A stretch of 64,000 bases of DNA from an uncultured virus (IMG/VR IMGVR_UViG_3300011440_000022) (IMGVR_UViG_3300011440_000022), one strand, 5' to 3'; shown: positions 17,972 through 28,277, counted from the first letter of the stretch. Program-made: numbers and translations. Notes: generated from the letters alone by a model not told the origin.

Positions 17972-18754
17972 GTGAGCTTCGACCGCTCGTTCTCGTCCTC
18001 ATTCGATGTCATTGCCTCACCTGACCCCATCCCACCGGGAGACCCACAGACGGCGTGCTGGCTGACCGAGGAACAACTCGATTTCTTCGCCAGCGAGTAT
18101 CCCGACCTCACCCCCGAGCAAATCGATGCCCTCTGCCTGGAAGCGACGTGGGTTCTCGATGAGCTAACCCACAACTACTACCACGGCGAAGAGTGCTGGT
18201 CGGACACCTTCAGTCTTCGGGGCGACCAATGCGACTTCATCCTCAGTCATGGCCCCGTCACCGAGATTCAGTCGGTGCAGCAAATGCACAACTGCGACAG
18301 CACCAGCACCAACATCACCGGCTGGTGTGAAATCTCACCGGGCAAGGTCTCGATCTGTCCAGCGACGTGTGGTGGCCGGGTCTACAACACGCCGTGGCAT
18401 TGTGGTTGCCCGAAGCGGATTCGGGTGGTCTACACCATCGGCAGCAACCTCCCGCCCGGCGCTCGGGCCGCGGTCTACACGCTGGCAACCGAGTACGCCA
18501 ACGCCATCACCGAGGGCAAGAAATGCAATCTCCCCGAGCGCATCACTTCCATCACTCGACAGGGAGTCTCGTGGACGCTGCTCGATCCCGGTGACTTCAT
18601 GGACAAGGGACTCGTCGGCATCTCTCGGATCGACTCGTGGATTTCGATAGCTCGTCGGAGCGTGCCCAAGGGCAAGGCCATTGACCCGCTCCGGTACGGG
18701 CACTGGCTTTTTTCAAAACAAGTCGGGTACGGAGCCTGCGAGGTCACACCGTGA
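17972..18754 (+). CDS. Head-to-tail adaptor
   Basis: C.LPERITSITRQGVSW...G..GI..ID.WI motif. Confidence 0.75.
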   Translation: MSFDRSFSSSFDVIASPDPIPPGDPQTACWLTEEQLDFFASEYPDLTPEQIDALCLEATWVLDELTHNYYHGEECWSDTFSLRGDQCDFILSHGPVTEIQSVQQMHNCDSTSTNITGWCEISPGKVSICPATCGGRVYNTPWHCGCPKRIRVVYTIGSNLPPGARAAVYTLATEYANAITEGKKCNLPERITSITRQGVSWTLLDPGDFMDKGLVGISRIDSWISIARRSVPKGKAIDPLRYGHWLFSKQVGYGACEVTP

Positions 18755-19188
18755 CCCCACTGCAATACGCCGACCAACTCCGCAAGGATTTCGCTGACTA
18801 CGCCGTTGACACTTGCCAGCTTGAGATACCGAAAGAGACCTTCACTCAGTACGCCACTCAAGTCATCGCCTGCGCCTCACTCACCGCAGCCGTCACCGAG
18901 GCCGCAGCACAGCCGATCAACGAAGGTGGGCAGACGTGCTCGTACGGGCAGATCGCCACCATCAACATTGCCCTGGCTCGGGAGTGTGCCTACGAAATGA
19001 ACGACGACGGCACCAACGATGTCGAGCAGATCAATGCCATCTCCGCACAAGCCGACAAGGATGCCGACTGCCTCTGGACGTGGGCCGAGCAACTCTCGTA
19101 TTGGTTATTCAAAGATTTCACGATGAGTTTTATGAACACCGGCGGCTTGCAAATCACGACCCTCAGTCTGACCATCGGCGTTCCATAG
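18751..19188 (+). CDS. Putative tail terminator/neck protein
   Basis: Position after the adaptor; Cys-containing, GG.....L.I C-terminus. Confidence 0.5.
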   Translation: MTPLQYADQLRKDFADYAVDTCQLEIPKETFTQYATQVIACASLTAAVTEAAAQPINEGGQTCSYGQIATINIALARECAYEMNDDGTNDVEQINAISAQADKDADCLWTWAEQLSYWLFKDFTMSFMNTGGLQITTLSLTIGVP

Positions 19189-19202
19189 GGAAGGACTCGC
19201 AA

Positions 19203-19382
19203 ATGAACAACGAACAGCCCGAGGCCGAGACTGAGACCGAGCAACTCGCCGCCGAGATACGGAACATGGAGTTCAGTGCCGGGTCGCTCTACGTCAACGT
19301 CGATGTCAACGATCTACTTGAGACCCACACCGAGGAAGAGACATTTGAGCTTCTCGGGAAGCTAAAGGACTTGCTGCAATGA
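19203..19382 (+). CDS. Small acidic hypothetical protein
   Basis: AAGGA RBS; ATGA-coupled to the next gene. Confidence 0.5.
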   Translation: MNNEQPEAETETEQLAAEIRNMEFSAGSLYVNVDVNDLLETHTEEETFELLGKLKDLLQ

Positions 19383-19699
19383 GCGGCCTATGGGATGACG
19401 GATACCCGATTCATTTCTCCCGAGCCGAGATTCAAAAAGCTGGCCCGTTGGAGCACGGGCTTTCGCTCATGGCGACGGCGACCTCCCACTGGAACGCCGA
19501 GACTCGGAAGAAAGCAGCCAAGCGAGGGATCGCACTCAAGGACGGAAGCTATCCCATCAAGGATGTAGCCGATTTGAAAAAAGCGATTCAGGCACTAGGT
19601 CGTGCCAAGAACCGTGCCCGAGTCGTCCGGCACATCAAGAAACGTGCCAAGGCTCTCGGGCAGATGAAACTCGTCAAGGATTTGAAAGAGCGAATCTGA
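19379..19699 (+). CDS. Basic head-associated protein (DGSYPI..L.KAI..GRA..HI.KRA.ALG motif; DUF6582-like)
   Basis: Motif recognised from phage head/protease-associated proteins. Confidence 0.6.
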   Translation: MSGLWDDGYPIHFSRAEIQKAGPLEHGLSLMATATSHWNAETRKKAAKRGIALKDGSYPIKDVADLKKAIQALGRAKNRARVVRHIKKRAKALGQMKLVKDLKERI

Positions 19700-19700
19700 C

Positions 19701-20144
19701 GTGCCGCTCAACTACGTCTTCGTGGCTGACCCGTCTTCGTTTCATCACGCCTTCCGATCCTGGCAGGGGATGACCGGGCGCTACATGTACGGCAAGACGA
19801 TAAAGACCAACGCCATTGCCATCGCCGAGGCACCCGGCCCCGGCAAGATTCCGAGGAACCGAACCGGCATCAATTACTCGACCGGACGATTGCAGTCGCT
19901 TATCCGACCACAGCGAGGCACGCATGGCCGTCATCGAGATTTGGAAGGGCGGGTCATCGCTATTCCAAAACACGCCATCTATGTTCACCAGGGCACAGCG
20001 GCTCACACCATTGTTCCGGTGCGTGCCTCGGTGCTCTCGTTCTACTGGCACCGCAAGGGGCGAGTAGTGGCGCTCCCGGCAGTAAGGCACCCCGGCACTG
20101 ATCCTCAACCTTTCCTAGCTGATGCACTGAAGAAAGCGATGTAG
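19701..20144 (+). CDS. HK97 gp10-like neck/tail-completion protein
   Basis: TGRL..I, YVHQGT..H.I.P, V.HPGT.PQPFL.DAL. Confidence 0.7.
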   Translation: MPLNYVFVADPSSFHHAFRSWQGMTGRYMYGKTIKTNAIAIAEAPGPGKIPRNRTGINYSTGRLQSLIRPQRGTHGRHRDLEGRVIAIPKHAIYVHQGTAAHTIVPVRASVLSFYWHRKGRVVALPAVRHPGTDPQPFLADALKKAM

Positions 20145-20215
20145 GCTCATCACCTAGACGTTTGTAAGGAATAGACCGACATGACAGACTCGACATCAAG
20201 ACAGAAGGCCGCGCC

Positions 20216-20710
20216 ATGAGCCTTGCCGTTGCCGAATGGAAGGTGCGTGACGGGAATCGCCTCATTCAATTTGAGGGCATCTGTCTCGGCAAGGTCTCAT
20301 CCCGCAGGCCCGAGTCGCCGAGGTGGACAGACCTATCGCTTTTCAAAACCAACGGTGGGAGCTACGTCCTTGAGAAGCTCGGTATGTCCATCGTGCTTCA
20401 CATGCCGGGTTGTCCTCACATTCTCGGTGTGCTCCCCCGCTTCCAAGACACCTATGCCGGTGCCGATCCAGACGAGGGGTATCAATACGACGACTGCGTG
20501 CCCGACACCTACGACTTCACGCAGCTTCTCGTAGAGGAACCGAGGTATTGGGCCACCATCGCCACCGACCCCAATGAGATAGTCGCCGCGCTCTATCGGA
20601 AACGTGACGGCTCCCGGCATCTCCCCCGCATCTCCATCGAGCTTTTGGAAAAGGTCTCCGAGATTGATAACGACATCAATGCGGCCTATAGGGTTGAACG
20701 AATTTCTTGA
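20216..20710 (+). CDS. Conserved hypothetical phage protein
   Basis: F.G..LG..SS...RW..L.L.KT.GG.Y pattern. Confidence 0.6.
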   Translation: MSLAVAEWKVRDGNRLIQFEGICLGKVSSRRPESPRWTDLSLFKTNGGSYVLEKLGMSIVLHMPGCPHILGVLPRFQDTYAGADPDEGYQYDDCVPDTYDFTQLLVEEPRYWATIATDPNEIVAALYRKRDGSRHLPRISIELLEKVSEIDNDINAAYRVERIS

Positions 20711-20717
20711 GTGTATA

Positions 20718-21239
20718 ATGTGCTCCGTGACCGACTGCGACCGGCCCATCTACGTCAGAGCCAGACGAATGTGCTCCCTGCACTACAACCGCTGGCGCAA
20801 GCATGGAGATGTGAATTACACGACCACTCTCTATGAGTGCACCGTTGAAGGATGCAGCCGACCACATCAAGCCCGAGGAATGTGTTCGCCGCATTACATG
20901 AGATGGCACCGGTACGGCGACCCACTCGCAGGACAACCAACTTTCTATGGCGACACTCTCACCTTTCTCCGAGATGCCATCGAACGAGCCAAGGATGGGG
21001 AGACTGAGTGCATCGATTGGCCTTTTGCCAAAGGCAAGTACGGACACGGTCATTTTGTCTTTGAAGGCCGAACGCAATACGCACACGCTCTCGCTTGCGC
21101 CGCTCTTCATGGCCCGAGGCCCGAGGGATTAGAGGCGGCTCATTCCTGCAACCGGGGATGCTGTGTAAATGGCAACCATCTCCGATGGGCAACTCGGAAG
21201 GAAAACGAGGCTGACAAACGAAAGGCACGGTCTCACTAG
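20718..21239 (+). CDS. HNH homing endonuclease with two N-terminal C-C-C-H zinc-finger repeats
   Basis: CSV.DC...ARRMC..HY.RW x2; AHSC...CVN..HLRWATR.EN..D; lower GC. Confidence 0.85.
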   Translation: MCSVTDCDRPIYVRARRMCSLHYNRWRKHGDVNYTTTLYECTVEGCSRPHQARGMCSPHYMRWHRYGDPLAGQPTFYGDTLTFLRDAIERAKDGETECIDWPFAKGKYGHGHFVFEGRTQYAHALACAALHGPRPEGLEAAHSCNRGCCVNGNHLRWATRKENEADKRKARSH

Positions 21240-21351
21240 TGGCCTCGCAACCTCATCAATGGCAGCGGAAGGAACTCTGGCCGGGATGGGCTGTCTTTTG
21301 GTGCTCTCGTTGTGGTCGTAGGGCGGCTGTACCCCAAGAGGTCAAGGCACC

Positions 21352-22032
21352 TTGCTTACCGTCCTGACCGGCGGCGAGCCGAGAGCGCTCAACGAGTTAG
21401 CTGGCGAGCTACTGAAACGAGCCGAGTTCGCCCTTATCGAAGAGACCGCCGAAGACTTGTTCGATGGTGAGATAGCGACCTACCGACCGGGGCAAGATCG
21501 AAACCTCGTTGTCATCGACCACCACTGGAAGCCGCTCATCGAGCAGGACAGCTACCGGCTCTCGCCCAATTTCAAAATGATGGAATTGTTCCTGGCATCT
21601 CGGGGCGGGCTGACCGTGGTGTTGCCATCCGATAACCCTCTGATCGACATGCTGCACCGGCAGACCATTACCTCGGTGAAAGACCTCGGAGACCTCGACA
21701 CCGACGACATCATTGCTCTGGCCGGGAGCATGGAAGCCGAGGCTCTGCCCTACGACCGATGGCGGCACTACATCGGTGTGGCCTATCCGCAATGGCTGGT
21801 CATCTGCCAGCCCGACCGTGAGGTTCGCCGGGACTTCATCGGGCGGGCCGACGAAGACGACTGGACTCAGTACGGCTTCGCATCAAGCGGGGCCACTCCC
21901 GAGGAACTCGATCTACTCTGGCTCACCCTCGATTCACCGCAGCTTCTCGGAGTGGGAAAACTCTCACAACAAATCGAGAACTGGCTCGCCACTCGTGGGG
22001 CCGCATTCACTAACGTCCCGCTTCTGACATGA
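21352..22032 (+). CDS. Hypothetical protein, possibly a degenerate nucleotide-kinase-like fold
   Basis: N-terminal strand-loop-helix pattern resembling a P-loop kinase but lacking GKT; directly upstream of polA. Confidence 0.45.
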   Translation: MLTVLTGGEPRALNELAGELLKRAEFALIEETAEDLFDGEIATYRPGQDRNLVVIDHHWKPLIEQDSYRLSPNFKMMELFLASRGGLTVVLPSDNPLIDMLHRQTITSVKDLGDLDTDDIIALAGSMEAEALPYDRWRHYIGVAYPQWLVICQPDREVRRDFIGRADEDDWTQYGFASSGATPEELDLLWLTLDSPQLLGVGKLSQQIENWLATRGAAFTNVPLLT

Positions 22033-22033
22033 C

Positions 22034-23773
22034 ATGCCAGACGACCTCTACCGCTTCATCCACTCCGGCTCCGACGTAGCCGACTTCACCGCTTGGTGTG
22101 AAGGCCAGCGGTACATCACCATCGACACCGAGACCACGAGTCTCGACTACCACCATCCCGATTTCAGGGTGCGCCTGATCCAAGTCGGGAACCGGAACCA
22201 GGCCTGGCTTGCCCGGCTCCCTGAGTGGCCGGGGTTGTTTAACCACGTTTTTCAAAACTTCCCCGGCAGGCTCGTTATCCACAACGCCAGCTTCGACGTG
22301 CCAAGCCTGGCTCGCCATGACGTTGACGTGCCCTGGCGAAAGATTGACGACACCATGCTCGCCCTCCGCATTCTCCAACCGAATCAGCCTTCCAAGCTCA
22401 AGCCCGCATCAAGACGATTGCTTGGTGGCGACGGCGGTGGGGAGCAAGCTCTCAAGCTGGCGATGAAGAAACAGAAGTGGCGGTGGGAAGACATACCTCT
22501 CGACTACGAGCCGTTCCTGTATTACGCCGCTCTCGACGTGATTCTCGCTTCACGCATCTACGAGCTTGACGCAGTCCAGAAGATCGTCGCCTCATCGGTG
22601 TTCGACTTGGAGATGGACGTGAGGGCCATCTGCTCTCGGATGGAAGCCAACGGCATGAGGATCGACCGGGAATTCACCGCCGAGAAGTTCGCCGAGCTTC
22701 GGTCGGAATCCGACCGCTTGAAATTGAGCTACCACGGAATCGTGTCGCTGACCTCGACCGACGAGCTTGGCCGGTGGTTCATCTCCAACACCGAGCGTGG
22801 GCTACTCACCAAGAAAACCAGGGGCGGTCGGGTCGCCGTTGACAAGGACGTGCTGGAACGGGTTGCTGCTTACGGCGACCGGGACTCGGCCAACGTTGCC
22901 AAGGCCGTGCTTCGGGTGAGGAAGATCGACAAGATGGCGAGCGCCTACTTTTCAAATTTCCTCGGGTATCTGCACGAGGGAGTGGTTCACCCGAGCATCA
23001 ACACAATGGCGGCACGCACGAGTCGCATGTCGATTTCAAATCCGGCGCTTCAGACTCTTCCAAAACCAAGCTCCGACCCCGACTCTCGAATGGTGCGCCG
23101 AGCCATCATCCCGCTCCGTGAAGGCGAAGTCATGCTCTCGGCTGACATGGATCAGATCGAATTACGAATCGCGGCATCGCTGGCTGAAGACCGGGCGCTG
23201 GCCGAGGCCTTCTCTGAAGGCGATTTCTTTTTGAAAGCGACCCGTGACATTTACGGAGACCCGGCCATCATCAAGACCGACGACCGGCGGCAAGTCATCA
23301 AGACGTTCTTTTACAGCTTCCTATATGGCGCTGGTGTCGAGACCATGTCAATCAGGGCGGGAATCCCGGTAGCTCGGATGGCCGAAGTCAAGGCCTTGGT
23401 GAGCCGGTCTTACCCCGGCCTCTCTCGGATGGCGAAGCGCATCGAGCGGGAGGCACGGAACAGCGGCGGGGTGATGACATTGGGCGGGCGATTCCTACCG
23501 GTCGATCCGCATGTTCTCTACGCCGGGACTAACTACGTGATCCAGGCCAGTGCCGCCGAGTTTTTGAAAAGGTCGCTTGTGGCGCTCGCCAGTGCCGGGT
23601 TTGAGGATTACCTCTTGGCTCCCGTCCATGACGAAGTCGTGTTCTCCATCCCCGAGGGAGATGTCGAAGAGGCCAGTCACGCCATCATTGCCTCGATGGA
23701 AAGTCGAGAACTCATGGTGCCGCTGACCGCCAGTATCAACGGGCCGGGAAAGACCTGGGCCGACCTGACATGA
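22034..23773 (+). CDS. polA: Family A DNA polymerase (3'-5' exonuclease + polymerase)
   Basis: Exo motifs DTET, HNASFD, YAALD; motif A DMDQIELR; motif B RQVIKTFFYSFLYG; motif C VHDE. Confidence 0.95.
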   Translation: MPDDLYRFIHSGSDVADFTAWCEGQRYITIDTETTSLDYHHPDFRVRLIQVGNRNQAWLARLPEWPGLFNHVFQNFPGRLVIHNASFDVPSLARHDVDVPWRKIDDTMLALRILQPNQPSKLKPASRRLLGGDGGGEQALKLAMKKQKWRWEDIPLDYEPFLYYAALDVILASRIYELDAVQKIVASSVFDLEMDVRAICSRMEANGMRIDREFTAEKFAELRSESDRLKLSYHGIVSLTSTDELGRWFISNTERGLLTKKTRGGRVAVDKDVLERVAAYGDRDSANVAKAVLRVRKIDKMASAYFSNFLGYLHEGVVHPSINTMAARTSRMSISNPALQTLPKPSSDPDSRMVRRAIIPLREGEVMLSADMDQIELRIAASLAEDRALAEAFSEGDFFLKATRDIYGDPAIIKTDDRRQVIKTFFYSFLYGAGVETMSIRAGIPVARMAEVKALVSRSYPGLSRMAKRIEREARNSGGVMTLGGRFLPVDPHVLYAGTNYVIQASAAEFLKRSLVALASAGFEDYLLAPVHDEVVFSIPEGDVEEASHAIIASMESRELMVPLTASINGPGKTWADLT

Positions 23774-23783
23774 AAGGAACGAG

Positions 23784-24179
23784 ATGGAAGACGAGAGAAC
23801 ACGGAGACTGCACAGCACGACCGACGCTCAAGTGTGGGCCGAGGAATGGTGCAAGGTCGCTCGGGAGATTGCTGACGCAGCGGAGCCGGGCCGACAAGTA
23901 ATCGATGAAGGCTGGATGATCGGTTGGTTCGCCAACGCCATCGAGATTGGCCGGGCCGCTGGTGTCACAGAAGCCAACGCCGAGACCGAGACCGGAGACA
24001 TCATCCGGCAGATCGACAAGACCCTCGACGTGCTTTCAAAAGTGGAAGAGATGATGAACGCCGAAGCCACCATGAACGCCATCAAGCATCTTTCCAACGT
24101 AGTGAGGCCGGTACCGCTCGTTGGGATGGTGTCGTCACTGATCGGTGACTTGGAAGCGTGGCGGCAACGGATCGAATGA
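23784..24179 (+). CDS. Hypothetical protein
   Basis: AAAGGA RBS; DA.VWA..W..M.GWFANAIE.G pattern. Confidence 0.65.
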   Translation: MEDERTRRLHSTTDAQVWAEEWCKVAREIADAAEPGRQVIDEGWMIGWFANAIEIGRAAGVTEANAETETGDIIRQIDKTLDVLSKVEEMMNAEATMNAIKHLSNVVRPVPLVGMVSSLIGDLEAWRQRIE

Positions 24180-24580
24180 GGAATATTCTCGGTATCGATC
24201 CCGGCTCGACAACCGGCCTGGTGATGCTTGCCGATGGTGCAGTGGCCTACTCGGAGCAAATCTCGTTTACTGACGTAGGCGAGAAGCTGGAAATTCTCAT
24301 CGCCACTGCGGACGGCATCGGCATCGAGCAATACATCATCACACCGAGCACCGCCAAAAAGACCCGGCAGTACGACGCTCTCTACACCATCGGCATTGTC
24401 ATCTTCCTATCGAGGCGAATGGGCGTGCCCATGAGATTGCAGAAAGCGGCTGACGCGAAGAACGCCTATACCAACGAGCATCTCCATCAGTTGGGCCTTT
24501 TCGATTCCGTCACCGGGCCGCACGCTCGGGACGCTCTGCGACACGCCCTGCTCGCCAATCGCATGATGACGAATTTATAG
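24176..24580 (+). CDS. RuvC-like Holliday junction resolvase
   Basis: ILGIDPGSTTG, IEQY, HARDALRH acidic catalytic pattern. Confidence 0.75.
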   Translation: MRNILGIDPGSTTGLVMLADGAVAYSEQISFTDVGEKLEILIATADGIGIEQYIITPSTAKKTRQYDALYTIGIVIFLSRRMGVPMRLQKAADAKNAYTNEHLHQLGLFDSVTGPHARDALRHALLANRMMTNL

Positions 24581-24647
24581 AATCACCAATCGAATGAAAA
24601 TCAGGCGGTATACTTTCGCCACCTAGACACAGACCAGGGAGGTCACG

Positions 24648-25553
24648 TTGACTGAGCCAGTCATTGTTCAGATACCACGATCCATCAAGTCCGCGACCGC
24701 CGCCTTGAACGGGATCGATTCACTGCTCACTGCCAAGGGGTGGGAGCGAGCCGCCATTGTCTACGCCTTCACCTATGACACCGGAGGGGGTCGTCCGAAA
24801 AGTGACGGAAATCCGTCACTTTTGACCATCACCGAGTTCTCCAAGCTCGGCATCGCCGGGCTGTCCCACAGGGAGACAGTCGCCACCTATCGGAAGTTCT
24901 GGAAGGACTACGCCGATCAGCCCGACATCAAGCCGGGGAGCAAGGTCACGCTTCCCACCATCAAGTTCCCCCCGACCGACGAGCGTGGGAGCACCCGTTG
25001 GGCGTCAGAGGACGGAGCCGAGAACGTGCTCAAGGGCATGGTCGAGAAGCACGGAGCCGAGAAGGTTGCCGACCTACTCCCTCGGGAAGCCGCCCCAATC
25101 ATCTCCAAGGCTCTCGATGAGCGAGATGAGGCCATCGCCGCCGCCGATCTGGAAGCCCATCTCGGACGGGAGCCGAAGCCGTCTGAGGTAGACAGCGCGG
25201 TTCGTTCTGCTCGGGGCCGGGCCGTCAAGACCGGGAGCACCGTCGCAGAAGAGACCCCCCGAGCCGCCGAGTTCACCGCTGGCATGACCAAGGCCAGTGA
25301 GCGGGACAAGGATGCACGCCGGGTCATGCTCAGTGGTTTGGCTCTTGAGGTTGACGACCTCTTGGACAAGGCGTACAAGCGCCTGCTCGATGCTCTCGCT
25401 CTCAGCCGAGATGTCAGCTTCACCGGCGACGCTCAGGTTGTCCTTTCCGACACTCTCGCCAAGGTGCGAGGGCTGATCGGATTGATGGAGATGGCGGTGA
25501 ACGGAACCGCCGAAGTGGATTGGGACGCGGAACTCGCCGCTCTCACCGAGTAG
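24648..25553 (+). CDS. Putative DNA-binding protein (GGGRPKS motif)
   Basis: GGGAGG RBS with TTG start; internal 12-bp inverted repeat. Confidence 0.6.
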   Translation: MTEPVIVQIPRSIKSATAALNGIDSLLTAKGWERAAIVYAFTYDTGGGRPKSDGNPSLLTITEFSKLGIAGLSHRETVATYRKFWKDYADQPDIKPGSKVTLPTIKFPPTDERGSTRWASEDGAENVLKGMVEKHGAEKVADLLPREAAPIISKALDERDEAIAAADLEAHLGREPKPSEVDSAVRSARGRAVKTGSTVAEETPRAAEFTAGMTKASERDKDARRVMLSGLALEVDDLLDKAYKRLLDALALSRDVSFTGDAQVVLSDTLAKVRGLIGLMEMAVNGTAEVDWDAELAALTE

Positions 25554-25575
25554 AGGCAGGAGGCCAGACAGAGAC

Positions 25576-26004
25576 ATGTGGATGAAGAGAGATGATCGGG
25601 TCGAGGACTTGCTCGACTATGCGATGGCACACCCGACATGGGTGCTCAGTGAAGCCGCCGCTGACTTGGGCTGGTCGATAGCTGACGTGAAGGCGACCAT
25701 TCGTCCGCTCAGGAGCTTCCTGGCGGATTTCGACTACAACCTCGTGTGTGAATCACCGGGCACGGTCGGGGAGTGGATTTACAAGCTGGTCGGGTCAGTC
25801 AACGATTCCTCCCCTTGGATCGCGAATCGCATGAAGGACAGTCACACCCGGCTTCGGACAATCAGCAATGTCAACGCTTCCATCGCCAAGTCAGTTGACA
25901 AGCGAACGGTGGAAGGCCGCAAGGCCAACCTCATTCACACCACGGTCGAAGCATTGCTGGCGCAGTTGGACGCAATCGACCCCACCAACAACAACGGCCA
26001 GTAG
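25576..26004 (+). CDS. Putative HTH protein
   Basis: LSEAAADLGWS...V..I..LR helix-turn-helix-like segment. Confidence 0.55.
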   Translation: MWMKRDDRVEDLLDYAMAHPTWVLSEAAADLGWSIADVKATIRPLRSFLADFDYNLVCESPGTVGEWIYKLVGSVNDSSPWIANRMKDSHTRLRTISNVNASIAKSVDKRTVEGRKANLIHTTVEALLAQLDAIDPTNNNGQ

Positions 26005-26024
26005 GTCTCAGTTGCGATAAGTTG

Positions 26025-26051
26025 GAGCGCCCCGGTTCGCCGGGGCGCTTT
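26025..26051 (+). terminator. Intrinsic terminator
   Basis: AGCGCCCCGG-TTCG-CCGGGGCGCT-TT. Confidence 0.75.
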
Positions 26052-26060
26052 GCGTTGGAC

Positions 26061-26088
26061 TTGCACAAGGTTTACAGAGAGGTATAAT
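26061..26088 (+). promoter_or_regulatory. Promoter TTGCAC-N16-TATAAT; probably leaderless helicase mRNA
   Basis: -10 box ends 8 nt before ATG 26097; no SD. Confidence 0.65.
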
Positions 26089-26096
26089 TCAGCCCA

Positions 26097-27860
26097 ATGA
26101 GCACCTTTGCCGAGATAGTCGAGAGCCTTCCAGGGCGGATCGTGGTTTCCACTTCGTATCGATTCAAAGAGTCGGTGAAGGCTGTGCCTGGTGCCAAATG
26201 GCATAACGAAGAGAAGTGGTGGTCGGTGCCGTTGTCCTGGCCGTCTGCTCTCGCCCTCCGTGCTGAGTTTGGAACCGAGCTTGAGATTGGGCCGGAACTC
26301 ACGGATTGGGGCTACAAGGTGGCTCCGGCCAAAGCGACCCTGGCGCTGCTTCGCACTGCCTTGGAGTTGGAAGACGACGGCACCGATCAGTACCCGGTAG
26401 GCAAGCCTGGCTTCTCGGATTTATACCCGTATCAACTTGTGGGTGGGCATCTCATCAATCTCGCCGGTCGATACTTGTTCTTCGATCAGACCGGAACCGG
26501 CAAGACCCGTACTGCTCTCGCCGGGCTGTCTCTACTGGAAGAGTCCCGAGCCATCTTCCCGGTTCTCATCGTGGCCCCGAAGTCGATGCTCCGAACATGG
26601 CGCTCCGAGATTCGTGGGTTCTTCCCCACAGCCTCGGTACAGATCGTTGAGGGAACCCCGGCTCAAGTCGATGCCGCTCTCGCCGAGACCGCCGACTTCT
26701 ACATCGTCAGCTATGACACCGCCCGCTTGCGGAGCCGTCACGCTCCGTTCCCCTCCGTGTCTCTCGCTGACAAAGAGAAGGTGGATGGGCCACTGCAAAA
26801 GATCGCTTTCAAATCGATAATCGTGGACGAGGTTCACCGAGCCAAGAACCCGAAGGCCAAGCAGACCCGAGCACTGTGGTACCTCGCCCGAGATGTCAAG
26901 AACGTGATCGGTCTCACCGGCACCCCGATTCAGGACACACCGGAAGACTTGTGGTCGGTACTGAGGCTGATCGTTCCCGACGAGTACCCGGTGAAGACCG
27001 GCTACATCGAGCGCTACTGCAACGTGAGCTACAACGTGTGGGGCGGGCGGGAGATTCTCGGAATCAATCCCCATCGGTCGGAAGAGTTCTTCCGCAATCT
27101 CGATACCCGCTGCCGTCGAGTCACCAAGGAAGCGGTGCTCCCCTTCCTCCCCGAGAAGGTCTACGAGACTCGATGGGTCACGCTTCCCAAACCGCATCGC
27201 AAGATGTACGACGATTTTGAAAGAACGATGTTTACCAAGACCATCGATGGAACTGACACCATCGCAGTTGGCACCGTCTTGGAAAAGGCAGGGCGTCTTA
27301 TTCAGATCGCCAACGCCGCCGGGCACGTCGATGCCGGTGGTGTATTCCACATGGACGGCGACAACTCCCCGAAGGTCGATGCTCTCATGGAAGACATCGC
27401 CAACGGCGATTATGAGGATCAGCAAGTGGTCGTCTTCTCGGATTCAAAAGTCCTACTCGACCTTGTCGCCGCTCGGATGGTGAAGGCCAAGATCGAGTTC
27501 ACTGCCATCACTGGCGATGTCACCGGCGAAGACCGGGACGAAGCGATGGAGGCTTTTCAAAACGGCAAGGTGCAATTCATCCTGCTCACCCGAGCCGGTG
27601 GTGAGGGCATCACTCTGACAGCGGCAAGCACGATGGTTCGGCTGGTTCGCTCATGGAGCTACACCGTGCACACCCAGGCCGAGGATCGAGTCCATCGAAT
27701 CGGCTCTGAGATTCACGACTCGGTTTTATACGTCGATTACATTGTCGAGGACACCGTCGAGGAAGGACAGCTTGCCAAGCTCTCGGGGAAGGAAGCCCGA
27801 GCGCAGGAAGTGCTCAGGGACAAGGACTTGATGGCGATGATTACAGGAGAATGGAAATGA
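26097..27860 (+). CDS. SNF2-family (SF2) helicase
   Basis: DQTGTGKT, DEVH, LTGTP, GGEGITLTAA, QAEDRVHRIG. Confidence 0.92.
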   Translation: MSTFAEIVESLPGRIVVSTSYRFKESVKAVPGAKWHNEEKWWSVPLSWPSALALRAEFGTELEIGPELTDWGYKVAPAKATLALLRTALELEDDGTDQYPVGKPGFSDLYPYQLVGGHLINLAGRYLFFDQTGTGKTRTALAGLSLLEESRAIFPVLIVAPKSMLRTWRSEIRGFFPTASVQIVEGTPAQVDAALAETADFYIVSYDTARLRSRHAPFPSVSLADKEKVDGPLQKIAFKSIIVDEVHRAKNPKAKQTRALWYLARDVKNVIGLTGTPIQDTPEDLWSVLRLIVPDEYPVKTGYIERYCNVSYNVWGGREILGINPHRSEEFFRNLDTRCRRVTKEAVLPFLPEKVYETRWVTLPKPHRKMYDDFERTMFTKTIDGTDTIAVGTVLEKAGRLIQIANAAGHVDAGGVFHMDGDNSPKVDALMEDIANGDYEDQQVVVFSDSKVLLDLVAARMVKAKIEFTAITGDVTGEDRDEAMEAFQNGKVQFILLTRAGGEGITLTAASTMVRLVRSWSYTVHTQAEDRVHRIGSEIHDSVLYVDYIVEDTVEEGQLAKLSGKEARAQEVLRDKDLMAMITGEWK

Positions 27861-27877
27861 CACAGACAGGAGACACC

Positions 27878-28144
27878 ATGACAGGAGCGCCGGTTGAGTT
27901 CACTGCTCACCATTTAGAACAGATCGCGTGGTCACTTGATGCTCTCACCAAGTTCGCGAGAATGTGGATTCAGCCGATTGCCGAAGCTGATGGGCCGGTC
28001 TCGGAAGTGTGCGTCCAAGTGAATGTCGATGGTGAGCCGATGAAACCCTCCGAAGCCAGGGAGCTACTCAATTGGATGGACGGCACCGAGATTCAGGACG
28101 ATCTTCGGGCGATGGCGGAACGACTCAATCGAGAGACATCGTGA
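27878..28144 (+). CDS. Hypothetical protein
   Basis: AGGAG RBS within an AGACA-rich leader. Confidence 0.55.
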   Translation: MTGAPVEFTAHHLEQIAWSLDALTKFARMWIQPIAEADGPVSEVCVQVNVDGEPMKPSEARELLNWMDGTEIQDDLRAMAERLNRETS

Positions 28145-28277
28145 CCGACGAGAACCAAGCCATCCTTTACGCCGACTACAAGCGCTCGCCTTGGTGGGAC
28201 AGACTCTTCCAGCGAGTGATGTGGTTCTGGATGAGCTTGTTTGAGGACGAGCCACTATCGAAGCCGTGGGTCAAGCC

